IMG/VR virus record: IMGVR_UViG_3300036770_005462
Location: 8,103 to 72,102 of that record
Length of the DNA stretch: 64,000 bases
Direction: 5' to 3' (one strand)
Source of the DNA: a virus
Both the position numbers and the translations under genes were made by a program. How positions within the stretch are numbered: position 1 is the stretch's first letter; every line of letters starts with the position of its first letter. Positions 1-10,000 of this stretch are shown piece after piece. A model generated the notes under the pieces. It did no database searches. It saw nothing but the letters and a program-made list of their open reading frames with translations, and was not told where the DNA came from.

Positions 1-999
1 CTTGGCAAGGATGCCAACTCGCTGATTCAGCACGTCACTGAGCTGAAGAAGACCGAGAAGGGTGCCCGTGCCGTCCTCACGTTGCTGTCGGATCTGACCG
101 GCGACGGCGTTGCGGGTGACCGCACGCTGGAAGGCAACGAAGAGGCGATGCAGACTTCGGATCAAGTGATCCGCATTGACCAGCTCCGTCATGCCAACCG
201 GCACGAAGGTCGCATGGCCGATCAGAAGTCGGTCGTCGAGTTCCGCGGCAATTCGCGCGACGTGCTGGCCTACTGGCTGGCGGACCGCATGGACCAGCTG
301 GCGTTCCTGACGCTGTCCGGCGTGTCGTACGCGAAGAAGAACAACGGCGCGGACCGCGTCGGTTCGGACTTCCCGTTCCTTGAGTTCGCGGCTGATGTGG
401 CGGCTCCGTCCGCCAAGCGCGTCGCGCGCTGGAACGGCACCACGAAGGCGCTGGCGATTGGTGGCGCGACCACCGACGTTGCCACGGCTGACACCCCGTC
501 GTGGGAACTGTTCGTGCAGCTGAAAGCGTATGCCAAGGATCAGTACATCCGCGGCATCAAGCAGGACGGCGAAGAGACGTTCCACGTCTTCCTGACGCCG
601 CAAGCCATGGCCAAGCTGAAACTTGAAGACAAGTTCATGCTGAACGTGCGTCACGCCATGGAGCGCGGTTCGGGTAACCCCCTGTTCACCGGCTCGACGA
701 TCAAGATCGACGGCATGTACTTCCACGAGTTCCGGCACGTGTACAACACGTCCGGTACCGCTTCCAAGTGGGGCGGCGGCTCGGTGGAGGGTTGCCAGAT
801 CCTGTTCTGCGGCGCGCAGGCTCTTGGCATGGCGGACATCGGCAACCCCGAGTGGGTCGAGAAAGGCTTCGACTACGAGAACCAGCAAGGTATCTCGGTG
901 GCGAAGATGCTCGGCTTCCTCAAGCCGAAGTTCAACAGCATCTATGCGGATAACACCACGCAGGACTTCGGTGTGATCTCCGTGTACGTCGCTCAGTAA
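1..999 (+). CDS. Putative major capsid protein, 5'-truncated at the window edge; the frame is open from nt 1
   Basis: Frame-1 ORF with no stop between nt 1 and the stop at 997-999. It sits first in the structural arm and is followed by a small co-expressed gene and a strong terminator, as is typical for a capsid gene. There is no diagnostic motif, so the call rests on position and composition only. Confidence 0.45.
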   Translation, partial: LGKDANSLIQHVTELKKTEKGARAVLTLLSDLTGDGVAGDRTLEGNEEAMQTSDQVIRIDQLRHANRHEGRMADQKSVVEFRGNSRDVLAYWLADRMDQLAFLTLSGVSYAKKNNGADRVGSDFPFLEFAADVAAPSAKRVARWNGTTKALAIGGATTDVATADTPSWELFVQLKAYAKDQYIRGIKQDGEETFHVFLTPQAMAKLKLEDKFMLNVRHAMERGSGNPLFTGSTIKIDGMYFHEFRHVYNTSGTASKWGGGSVEGCQILFCGAQALGMADIGNPEWVEKGFDYENQQGISVAKMLGFLKPKFNSIYADNTTQDFGVISVYVAQ

Positions 1000-1011
1000 C
1001 GGAGGAATCAC

Positions 1012-1455
1012 ATGGCTCTCAAGAAAGCTAGCCGGACCGCCCAGCGCGTTCTGTCGGCCGAGTTCGACTTCAACTTCAACGACACCATGGTTCCGGCCGC
1101 TGGTGGCGCTGCGGTTGACTTCGGCGCGACCAACATCGCGTCGACGGTCTTCGAAGTTATCAACCTTCCGATCAACGCCGTGGTTGTTGGCGGGGCAATC
1201 ACCCGCTCGACGGCCTTCGACGCCGCGACGTACACGGTGTCGGTCGGCGATTCGGGTTCGGCCACTCGCTATCTGGGTGCGACCGATGTCAAGGGCGCAG
1301 GCACGACCGCGCTGGTTCCGACCGGCTACGTCAACGCCGGTGGCCTGAACGTCCAGATCACCGTCGTCGCCGCTGACGTGTGCACCACCGGTGCCGCCAA
1401 ACTGCGTGTCGACTACGTCATTGCCGGACGTGCCGACGAGGTCTACCCGTCGTAG
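1012..1455 (+). CDS. Small virion protein, possibly a capsid decoration or head protein
   Basis: SD GGAGGAATCAC lies upstream of the ATG at 1012. It is followed immediately by a strong GC hairpin terminator. The product is 147 aa, rich in Ala/Gly/Thr/Val, and looks beta-rich. Confidence 0.5.
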   Translation: MALKKASRTAQRVLSAEFDFNFNDTMVPAAGGAAVDFGATNIASTVFEVINLPINAVVVGGAITRSTAFDAATYTVSVGDSGSATRYLGATDVKGAGTTALVPTGYVNAGGLNVQITVVAADVCTTGAAKLRVDYVIAGRADEVYPS

Positions 1456-1465
1456 TTGCAGTAAA

Positions 1466-1496
1466 GCCGGGGGCTTCGGCCCCCGGCCTTTCCTTT
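1466..1496 (+). terminator. Rho-independent terminator
   Basis: GCCGGGGGC-TTCG-GCCCCCGGC is a perfect 9-bp stem with a tetraloop, followed by the T-rich run CTTTCCTTT. Confidence 0.8.
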
Positions 1497-1514
1497 AACC
1501 CTTGGAGCTAGCCC

Positions 1515-1931
1515 ATGCCGATGATGCAGTTGCACCGGTCGTTTCGTCTCGCGACCCTGAAAGGCCACTCGGTGCGTTTCGAAAAGAACACGCCGACGCA
1601 TGTGCCGAATGAAGTAGTGGCGGAAGCCATCGCGATTGGCGCGATTGTCGTGGATGGTGAAGAATTCGATGTAACCCCGAAGGACGCGCCGAAGCCGAAT
1701 GCGGGTCCTGCGGAAGCAGCAGTTCGCGAAGAGCAGATTCTTGACGCGATCAACGCGCTGGTGATGGAGAACGACCGCGAGTCGTTTACCGCCGGCGGCA
1801 TTCCGAAGGACAAGGCAGTGTCCGGGCTGGTTGGATACCGAGTGCAGAAGAGCGAAGTGATGGCGGTGTGGATGAAGCGCTCGGAACTGATCGCCGCGGG
1901 GCAGCTTACGGCTAACGGCATGCCGGTCTAA
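1515..1931 (+). CDS. Hypothetical protein in the structural arm
   Basis: 138-aa ORF starting right after the terminator, in the same orientation as its neighbours. Confidence 0.5.
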   Translation: MPMMQLHRSFRLATLKGHSVRFEKNTPTHVPNEVVAEAIAIGAIVVDGEEFDVTPKDAPKPNAGPAEAAVREEQILDAINALVMENDRESFTAGGIPKDKAVSGLVGYRVQKSEVMAVWMKRSELIAAGQLTANGMPV

Positions 1932-2612
1932 ATGGATTCCAGCGAGCTGTACGACCGCTTCCGCAGCGACGTCTACGATACGGCCTCGCCGTATCTGTGG
2001 TCGGACGTCGAGGTGTTCCAGTACATGGACGCCGCGCAGAAGATGTTGTGCCGGCTCACTGGCGGAATCGCCGACTACACGTCGACGATCACGCAGATCC
2101 CCATCGTTGCGACGGAAGCGTGGGTCTCCTACGACCCGCGCATCCTGAAGATCACGCGCGCCAACCGCCTGTCGGACTTCAAGAAGGTCGACGTGCTGAA
2201 CGTCGAGGATCTGGACCGCATGGGCGGCAGCGACGACTACGGCGTGGTCCGGACGTACAAGTTCGACCTGTCGACCGGCCCCGTCGAGGCCATCGTCACC
2301 AACCTCGAAGCGAAGAAGGTGCGCCTGATCAAGGTGCCGGAAGCGAACGACACGCTGCAGCTGGCGGTGTACCGCCTGCCGCTGGTGACGGTCAACGACA
2401 CGGACATGCAGTTCGAAGTGGACGAGGTCCACCACGAGTATCTGCTGTACTGGATGAAGAAGCTGGCGTTCAGCAAACAGGACGCCGAGACGCGCAACGA
2501 CAAGCAGGCCGCGGCTAACGAGCTGGCCTTCCGCCAGTACTGCGATCAGGTCCGGCAGGAACGCGAGCGGCGCGAACACAAACCGCGGCAGGTTGCGTAC
2601 GGGGGTATTTGA
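1932..2612 (+). CDS. Hypothetical virion/morphogenesis protein
   Basis: 226-aa ORF. Its stop is adjacent to the next start (TAA then ATG), suggesting translational coupling. Confidence 0.55.
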   Translation: MDSSELYDRFRSDVYDTASPYLWSDVEVFQYMDAAQKMLCRLTGGIADYTSTITQIPIVATEAWVSYDPRILKITRANRLSDFKKVDVLNVEDLDRMGGSDDYGVVRTYKFDLSTGPVEAIVTNLEAKKVRLIKVPEANDTLQLAVYRLPLVTVNDTDMQFEVDEVHHEYLLYWMKKLAFSKQDAETRNDKQAAANELAFRQYCDQVRQERERREHKPRQVAYGGI

Positions 2613-3037
2613 TGGCGAGTGTCATCTACAACAGCTTTCCTGAAGACCTCGCCCGCGGCGCGATTGATCTCGACACCGACACGATCAAGGTGATGCTGGT
2701 CGAGGCGACGTACGTGCCGAACATCGACACGCACACCAAGCGCTCGGACATCACCAACGAGGTGGTCGGTTCGGGCTACGTGGCCGGCGGCGAAACGGTG
2801 GTGGTCACGATCACGAAAGACACCGCCAACGACCGCGTCGACATCACGCTGGGTGGCCATGTCTGGAACCCCGCCACGATTACCGCGCGTCGCGCCGTCT
2901 ACTACAAATCGCGTGGCGGTTTGGCGAGCGCTGATGAGATAATCGCTTGCATCGAGTTTGCGCAGGATGTTTCGAGTTCCAGCGCAGAATGGACGCTGAC
3001 TGCGTCGACCCTTCGTTTCCAAAACACCGCAATTTGA
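2609..3037 (+). CDS. Hypothetical virion protein
   Basis: 142-aa ORF whose start overlaps the previous stop (ATGA). Confidence 0.5.
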   Translation: MMASVIYNSFPEDLARGAIDLDTDTIKVMLVEATYVPNIDTHTKRSDITNEVVGSGYVAGGETVVVTITKDTANDRVDITLGGHVWNPATITARRAVYYKSRGGLASADEIIACIEFAQDVSSSSAEWTLTASTLRFQNTAI

Positions 3038-3048
3038 GGGAGGCGTAA

Positions 3049-3549
3049 ATGCCCATCGTATCTGGTGATATCCACTACCGCCTCTCTGGCGGTGCCGCTA
3101 ACTCCGACCACAACGCTTCGTTGGGCGGGGCCAAGTCGTCTGTTTCGGCTACGACCAACTCGCTGTTCGACGACGTGTCGGGTGCTGAGTCGGCCGCTGG
3201 CACGGTCGAGTACCGTTGCGTGTACATCCACAACAACCACGGTACGTTGCAGCTGCAGAACCCGAAGATCTACGTGCAGGCCAACACGCCGTCCGGCACT
3301 ACGACCATCGATCTGGCGCTTGGCTCCTCGGCTGTCGACGGCACCGAGCAAACCATTGCGGACGAGATCACCGCGCCAACCGGCCTGACGTGGGTCACCA
3401 ACGCCACGAACTACGCGACCGGTGTGGCGCTGACTAGCTTGAACGCCGGCTCGCACCGCGCCGTGTGGATTCGTCGTACAGTCAACGCGGGCACTTCCGC
3501 CGCGACCGACACGTACACTCTGCGCGTCGAAGGCGACACCGCTCCGTAA
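3049..3549 (+). CDS. Hypothetical virion protein
   Basis: 166-aa ORF with SD GGGAGG upstream; the product is Thr/Ser/Ala rich. Confidence 0.5.
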   Translation: MPIVSGDIHYRLSGGAANSDHNASLGGAKSSVSATTNSLFDDVSGAESAAGTVEYRCVYIHNNHGTLQLQNPKIYVQANTPSGTTTIDLALGSSAVDGTEQTIADEITAPTGLTWVTNATNYATGVALTSLNAGSHRAVWIRRTVNAGTSAATDTYTLRVEGDTAP

Positions 3550-3567
3550 CTCTGAACAGGATCTGAC

Positions 3568-3861
3568 ATGGCTATCGTTACCGTTGTACTGAACACGGCC
3601 GTTCGGCCGTTCCCGTTCGGCACCGTCGCCGGCCCCCTGAAGGTCACGCTGAAGAGCGCGACCGGCGAGGAAGTCTTTCTTGAACAGGACGTCGGCCCGT
3701 TCGTGTTCTCGGACGTCGCAGTCGGCACCTACACGGTGTCGGCAGAGCGTACTGACGCAGGCGGCGTTCGTCTCGGCGACGCCGTGAGCGTGGAGTTCGT
3801 GGTGAATCCCAGCACCACGGAGATCCTCGTTCCGATCAGCATGGTGGTGACGCAGGGGTGA
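3568..3861 (+). CDS. Hypothetical small virion protein
   Basis: 97-aa ORF preceded by AGGA. Confidence 0.45.
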   Translation: MAIVTVVLNTAVRPFPFGTVAGPLKVTLKSATGEEVFLEQDVGPFVFSDVAVGTYTVSAERTDAGGVRLGDAVSVEFVVNPSTTEILVPISMVVTQG

Positions 3862-3874
3862 AGAGGGGCGGCAT

Positions 3875-3897
3875 CAAGGCGCTCAGGGAGCGCCTTG
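3875..3897 (+). promoter_or_regulatory. Perfect 10-bp stem-loop (CAAGGCGCTC-AGG-GAGCGCCTTG) in the intergenic region
   Basis: Read directly from the sequence. There is no clean U-tract downstream. It could be an RNA stability or processing element, or an attenuator. Confidence 0.4.
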
Positions 3898-3973
3898 CTC
3901 GTTTCCTTGCAAAGCTTCGGCGCAAGCCCGTGAAGATAGCTGTGCCGCGGTCAATCGTGGCTAAACAGGAGCT

Positions 3974-4393
3974 GTGATGGACGCAGATATTGTTGCTGCA
4001 CTGGGGTCGACCCCGACGGCGATGGAGAAGCTGTACGCGGAGGCCATCGAGGACTCGCGGCTGAACACGGTCAAGTGGGACGAAGAGCGCCAGCGTCTGG
4101 CGGAATTTCGCGCCGCCATGACTGAGTACATGACGTGGTTCAAGACGGAGTACGGCAAGCTTCCGCCTGAACTGTTCGATGACCACGACCGGCTGTATTC
4201 GAATTGCGTGATGCAGGGCCTTGAGATTCGCAAGCAGTCGATGACCACTGCCACCACGCAAAGCACGATGGACGACGTGATCAACGACGGCTTCCGCCTC
4301 GGCGGCGAGATCTTCCGTCGCATTCAGGCGCGGCGCGCGATGGTGACGGCCGGCACGCTGGACCCGACTGCAGTGCCGCCTGCTGTGATCTGA
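3974..4393 (+). CDS. Hypothetical protein (likely ATG start at 3977)
   Basis: SD AGGAG lies 6 nt upstream of the ATG at 3977. The 139-aa product is followed by a terminator. Confidence 0.5.
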   Translation: MMDADIVAALGSTPTAMEKLYAEAIEDSRLNTVKWDEERQRLAEFRAAMTEYMTWFKTEYGKLPPELFDDHDRLYSNCVMQGLEIRKQSMTTATTQSTMDDVINDGFRLGGEIFRRIQARRAMVTAGTLDPTAVPPAVI

Positions 4394-4413
4394 TAGCTGA
4401 GGGTGGGAACCCA

Positions 4414-4449
4414 AAGGGCCTTCGGCGCATAGCCCTAGGCCCTTTTTTA
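4414..4449 (+). terminator. Rho-independent terminator
   Basis: AGGGCC...GGCCCT stem followed by TTTTTTAT. Confidence 0.65.
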
Positions 4450-4460
4450 TAGGCGTTTCG

Positions 4461-5789
4461 ATGCTGCTAGAAACTTCTCTTAACCGCCAGCCAGCGAGTA
4501 ATCCGTCCGGCGCAGGCGTGTGGTCGGAAATAGCGGTCATTTCTCAGGTGCCGTCGTGGGCTACTGGGCTATACATTACTGGTCAGGGTAGCAACAGTTC
4601 CGGCGGCTACACCATCGGTGTGCGTCGTATTGGGCAGTCGTGGTCGCCAGTTAGCACCATGTGGGGGTATTCGCAGCGCGGATTCTTTGTTGAGATTGAC
4701 CCCGCAACGCGGAAAATTCAGCAGTACATCACGCAGACGACGTTCTGCAATCCGTATATTTTTGGATACTTTGGCCACGAAGCTGGCTGGCTCCATCCGG
4801 CGACGCAGCTTACCGCTACGCTGAATCAGCAGTGGGAAACGTATTCTTTTTCCCCCACTAACGGCGATCCGTGCAGCGCGGTGCTGTTGGAAGTCGTTGG
4901 CTCGACGGCGTTTGCGTTTCGGTACAAGGGCACAAGTATCGACATATCGGGGACGCTCGAAGGTGGCGGCGATAGTTTTATTGTTCCCGTTAATGCCAGT
5001 GGCGAATTCGAATTAAAAATGGATTCCGGCGTTTCTGCATACATCGTCGGCTATTTGAAAACGGGCGTGACTGCGTTCACTACTGCGCAGGAGCTTACTG
5101 TTACCCCACTGAACTCGTCGAATACGTACACCTCTCCTGCGATACCGCTCTCGGCGCGGGGGCGCAGTGGAATCGCACTGATAAAGAACATCGACGGCCC
5201 CGCTACTACAAATCGAAGTGCGATTTTGTACCATAAGGACTACACGTCGTTTCCGTGGGGTGGGGCCAATCTTTATGAGCCGGGGGCTATTGCACCCGTC
5301 TTCGCCGGACCAAAGCCGTCCAACGGGCTGTATTACTCGCCGTATTGCAACGCCAACCTCGGCATCTATTACATCGCAATGCTGGAAGATGTAGCGGAGC
5401 CTCCGCCGCCGAAGCAGTACCCGGCAGAAGACGTTACTGACGGCGGATGGTTGCCGTCCGAAAACGGTGCCGATTTGGCAGTGATGTTGGCGGACAACGA
5501 CGGCGACAAGTACATTTATGCGCGCGAGCCAACTACGTGCGAGGTGCTTCTTCTTCCGTTTGTCGATCCTGCCAGCAGCACGGGGCACACTGTGCAGTGT
5601 CGTATGTGGGTCGACGCAGGCACCCGCAACGTCAAGGTGTTTCTGATGCAGGGGGCCACTGAGAAGGCGTCGTGGACGCAGGAGGTCACGACGACGGCTA
5701 CTGTGTACACCTTTACGTTGTCCGGTGCGCAAGCGGACTCGATCACCGATTACGCCGCGCTGCGGCTTAAATTCGAATTGATGGCGTAA
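4461..5789 (+). CDS. Tail fibre / receptor-binding-like protein, paralog A; its C-terminal module is shared with the next two genes
   Basis: 442 aa. The C-terminal ~120 aa (DGGWLPSENG...LSGAQADSITDYAALRLKFE) is clearly homologous to the C-terminus of 5790..7073 and to an internal segment of 7073..10702. GC looks lower than in the flanking genes. Confidence 0.55.
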   Translation: MLLETSLNRQPASNPSGAGVWSEIAVISQVPSWATGLYITGQGSNSSGGYTIGVRRIGQSWSPVSTMWGYSQRGFFVEIDPATRKIQQYITQTTFCNPYIFGYFGHEAGWLHPATQLTATLNQQWETYSFSPTNGDPCSAVLLEVVGSTAFAFRYKGTSIDISGTLEGGGDSFIVPVNASGEFELKMDSGVSAYIVGYLKTGVTAFTTAQELTVTPLNSSNTYTSPAIPLSARGRSGIALIKNIDGPATTNRSAILYHKDYTSFPWGGANLYEPGAIAPVFAGPKPSNGLYYSPYCNANLGIYYIAMLEDVAEPPPPKQYPAEDVTDGGWLPSENGADLAVMLADNDGDKYIYAREPTTCEVLLLPFVDPASSTGHTVQCRMWVDAGTRNVKVFLMQGATEKASWTQEVTTTATVYTFTLSGAQADSITDYAALRLKFELMA

Positions 5790-7073
5790 ATGCCGACGTT
5801 TCTCCCCACCCCCATCCAGCTCACGCCGGTTTCCGGCGGGGTGTGGGAGACCCACGACCTGTCGGCGCACATCCCTGCTGGCGCGGCGGGGGCTCACATG
5901 GTGCTTGCGGGCGACGGCAGCTTCGACTACACGAACTGTGGGATTCGCCCCGTTGGTTCCACCAACGGCTTGCTATGGCAGCGGGCTGGGGTGAAGCACC
6001 ACTACTTCGTTGCGCTGAACGCCAACCGCGAAGTTCAGACCTACGTTAGCTCCGGCGGGCGGGCGTGGATCGTGGGGTATTTCAGTACCGACGAAGCGGT
6101 GTTCTTCACCGACGCCGTTTCAGTCGCGGCGACCGCGGTCGATACATGGGAAACGAAAAATATTAACGGTTCGACCGGCGCTGATCCAGTGTTGGCCGTC
6201 ATGGGCTACAACCGCGGCACGGGCAACACGTCCCCGACGAACCTTGGTTTCCGGTGCACCGGCGAAACGTATACGCCTATCGGAACCAGCGGCAGCGCCA
6301 CGTTCATCATTCCGTGCGACGGTTCAAAGCAGTTCGATATCTACACTGCAAACACTGCGCATACGTTCATGATCACGGGCTACATAAAGACCGGCTTCAC
6401 GGCAAACGCGCCCGTAGATGTGTCGACGAACAGCACGTATGGTACGAAGACCGCCCCCGCTCGCGGCGCGGTAGCAATACAGATAGACACGAATTACGCC
6501 GGCGGCAGCGGGGCAATTCGCCCCAGCTCGACGTACACGACGGCTGCACATGGCACGGGGTTCGGTAACGCCGGCCTGTCCGGTGGCATTGTGCAGACTA
6601 CGGCTTTGCGGAAGTTCGACACGTACTGCCAGAGCGCTACGCCGATCATGTACCGCATCGGGTACTTCACGGACACAATTACGCCGGATGCTCGGTACGG
6701 GCGTCCGACGGAAGATGTGGCGAAGGGAAGCTGGGTGCCGACGTCCGGGTCAACGCTGTCGCCTATGTTAGATGAGACATCGGCAGACGACGCGGACCTC
6801 GTATATACATATTCCGCAACTTCGGGCGAAGTGGTATTGAGTCCGATCACGGACCCGGCGACTAGCTCCGGGCATTCGTTGCGCGTGCGTGCGCGTTCGG
6901 ATCAGCTGCCTAAAAATCTGCGCGTAACGTTGCTACAGGACACCACGCAGATTGCACAGTGGACGGAAGCGCTGTCGGACTCATGGACTACGCACTTCTT
7001 CCCGCTGTCCGGCGCGCAGATTGACGCAATTACCGACTACGGCTTGCTCGTGGTGAGGATCGAGTCCCTGTAA
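5790..7073 (+). CDS. Tail fibre / receptor-binding-like protein, paralog B
   Basis: 427 aa. The start abuts the previous stop (TAA ATG). Its C-terminus (GSWVPTSGS...LSGAQIDAITDYGLLVVRIES) is paralogous to that of the previous gene. Confidence 0.55.
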   Translation: MPTFLPTPIQLTPVSGGVWETHDLSAHIPAGAAGAHMVLAGDGSFDYTNCGIRPVGSTNGLLWQRAGVKHHYFVALNANREVQTYVSSGGRAWIVGYFSTDEAVFFTDAVSVAATAVDTWETKNINGSTGADPVLAVMGYNRGTGNTSPTNLGFRCTGETYTPIGTSGSATFIIPCDGSKQFDIYTANTAHTFMITGYIKTGFTANAPVDVSTNSTYGTKTAPARGAVAIQIDTNYAGGSGAIRPSSTYTTAAHGTGFGNAGLSGGIVQTTALRKFDTYCQSATPIMYRIGYFTDTITPDARYGRPTEDVAKGSWVPTSGSTLSPMLDETSADDADLVYTYSATSGEVVLSPITDPATSSGHSLRVRARSDQLPKNLRVTLLQDTTQIAQWTEALSDSWTTHFFPLSGAQIDAITDYGLLVVRIESL

Positions 7074-10000
7074 TGGCGATCAGTTTCGTCTCCGCTGGCG
7101 CAGTAGCCTACACGAGTCAGAACGGCTCGAGCATTTCTGTTCCGTATCCGGCGAACATTGCGAATGGAGACGGCGTTGTTCTGATCTGCGGCATGAAGCC
7201 GGCGACGGCGAACGGCGGCACGTTCCCGACGTTGACCGGTTTCTCCGTAGCTGCCTCACTGTACGCCGCGGGCGGGTACGGGACTACGAAGGGGAACGAT
7301 ACCGGCAACACTAACGCCGTTGCGTACTTCCGCCCGTGCGACGGGACGGAAACCGGCAACCTCACGGTCTCCGTAAGCGACAGCAACATCGCGTGGGGCG
7401 TGATGTTGCGCTTCACGAAGACGGCCGGGACAGAGTGGAACTGGGACTGGGACGGCACGTGGGGCCAAGATACCACTGCTGGCACGGCTGTTTCGGTACT
7501 GCTTGATGCGGATGGCATTGGGGGTATCAGCTACAGGCCCGGCGACTTCTTCGTCGTCGGGATGTGTATTCCGACCGATGCTTCGACGCCGAATCAGTTC
7601 TCCGCGCACAGCATTTCGCTGACGAACGTCACGTTTAGCTCGGTGACGGAGGTCGTCGAGCCGGATTCGTCGGCCGGTCAGGACATTGGTGGCTTCGTCA
7701 CGTACGGATCGGTTACCGCCGCTACGAACAGCGAGGTTATTGGCGACCCCACTTACACCGCAACTGCGGGCGGCACGACGACGAACGTGCGCGGCCCGTT
7801 GGTGCTCGTTCGGTTTCGTGAGTACAAAGTCGTCAGTTCGGATCTGTCGGACGAGTACGGCGTCACTGGCGCGGTTAAGACGGACTACGCCGATTCGTAC
7901 GGCATTTTCCAGCCACAACGCGCGGCGGTGTCGTGGATCGAGTTCGACGTCGCGGACACGAAAGTTGTCTCTGACCTGTCGGACTCGTACATAACGGGCA
8001 CGACGGTACGGATTTACTCGGCTTCCTTTGCGACAAACTATGACGCCAACGTAACCGCCGTTACTTCGAGCCTCGCAGATCAGTACAACATATACGACGG
8101 CTCATCGAACCAGACAGTAACCAGCGACTACGCAGATTCGTATGAAATTTCCGGCGCAGTTACGTCCGACTACGCCGACTCCTACGGTGTTAGCGTTGGC
8201 GTTACTAGTGACTACGACGATTCGTATGCCATTGGTATCAGTGTCACTAGTGACTACGCTGACTCCTACGTTGTTAGCGCTAGCGTTACTAGTGACTACG
8301 ATGATTCGTACGCCGTCGGTACTAGTGTCGTTAGTGACTACGCCGACTCCTACGTCGTTCACGTAGCGGCTACGTCGGATTACGCCGATTCGTACGTTCT
8401 CAATTCGCAAATCACGAACGACCTCGCGGACGAGTATGTGGTCCGCACCGGCGTCACCAGCGACTACGCCGACACGTTCAATGTCGTCGCTTACAAGGGT
8501 CGCCCGAACGCGCCCAAGTCCGACGGCGGGTGGTTGCCGTCCACCGGCGGGCAGCTGTATGCCTGTATTGATGAAGTCACGCCGGATGACGTCGACTACA
8601 TCTACACCACCGGCGAAGTCCTCGGCAGCGTCTACATCGACGGGATGTCGGACCCCGGGTCCGACTTCGCACACGTGCTGTCGGTCCGGGCGTGGGCCGC
8701 GGTCGGCGCAACGCTGCCGGTTTACCTCGTTGTCAGTTTCTATCAGGAGAACGGCCCCGCTCTGCTGACGAGCGAGGTTGTGGAGCTGTCGGAAAACCCT
8801 GCGACGTTCCGGTTTACGGTGCCGACGTCGCAGTCGTCGCTGATTACTGACTACAACAACCCCGGCAAGAAGTTCGTAGTCGAGTTCCAAGCGGACCGCA
8901 TCGGTGCGCCGGCCTTCGAAGCGCGGATCTCGTGGATCGAGGTCGACGTTGCGGCGACTACGTTCCCCGTCGTAAACAACCTTGCCGACGAGTACGTCGT
9001 TAACGAGCGCGTCACCAGCGATCTGGCCGACGAGTACGTGGTGCGGCAGAGCGTGTCGAGCGATCTGGCGGATTCCTACTCTGTTAGCGCGCCGGTGTGG
9101 GCGGATCTCGCGGACGAGTACGTCGTTGCGACGTCGCTCAACAGCGATCTTGCGGATTCGTACATTGTTTATGCGCTGGTCAATCAGGACTTGCTGGACG
9201 AGTACCTCGTCTATGTGCGGACCAGCGCCGATTACGACGACTTGTACGTCCTCCGTCAGGGGGTCTCGCAAGACCTGAACGATGAGTTCGTGGTCATTGG
9301 GCGAGTCTCGTCAGACCTCGCTGATTCGTACAACGTCGAGCAGGCTGCTGGAAAGGTTACCAGCGACTACGACGACTCGTATGTCGTCCGCAACGTCGTT
9401 ACGTCGGATCTCGACGATTCGTACTTCATCACGACGCTGGTCACGACTGACTACGCGGATGAATATGTAGTCCGCGCGGCAGTCACGACCGACTACGCAG
9501 ATGAGTACGTAGTCAATGCGCCGGTTACGTCCGACTACGCGGATGAATATGTAGTCCGCAACGTCGTTACGTCGGACTACGCGGATGAATATGTAGTCAC
9601 GGGTCGCGTTACTAGCGACTACGACGACTCGTATGGAATCGCAGGCGTCGCGACCGGCGACTACGATGATTCGTACGTCGTTGCTGTCCGCGTTACCGGC
9701 GACCTCGCTGACGAGTACATCGTTCGCAACGGCGTTACGTCGGACTTCGCTGACGAGTACCTCGTTGCTTCGTCTGTCACCAGCGATCTGGCGGATAGCT
9801 ATGGCGTCGCCGGGCTTGTCACTTCTGATTACGACGACTCGTATGTCGTTCGCACCAGCGTCACGTCCGATCTCGACGACTCGTACGCCATCCGCAACGT
9901 CGTCACGTCGGATCTGGCTGACGAGTACCTCGTAATTGCGCGGGTCAGCAGCGACCTCGATGACTCGTACCTCGTCGAGGAAGTCGGCAAAGTCAGCAAC

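Noticed and set aside
1443-2579. 378-aa minus-strand ORF overlapping three + strand genes
   Set aside because: Arg/His-rich shadow ORF. The + strand genes have SDs and coupling. Other long antisense ORFs are rejected in the same way (for example 2902..3456, 13356..14378, 19542..20264, 24442..25455, 25996..26955, 27037..28209, 38091..38996, 52534..54090).
8102-9271. 389-aa minus-strand ORF across the repeat arrays
   Set aside because: Antisense shadow created by the periodic 42-bp repeats. It has no start context and its composition mirrors the sense repeats.
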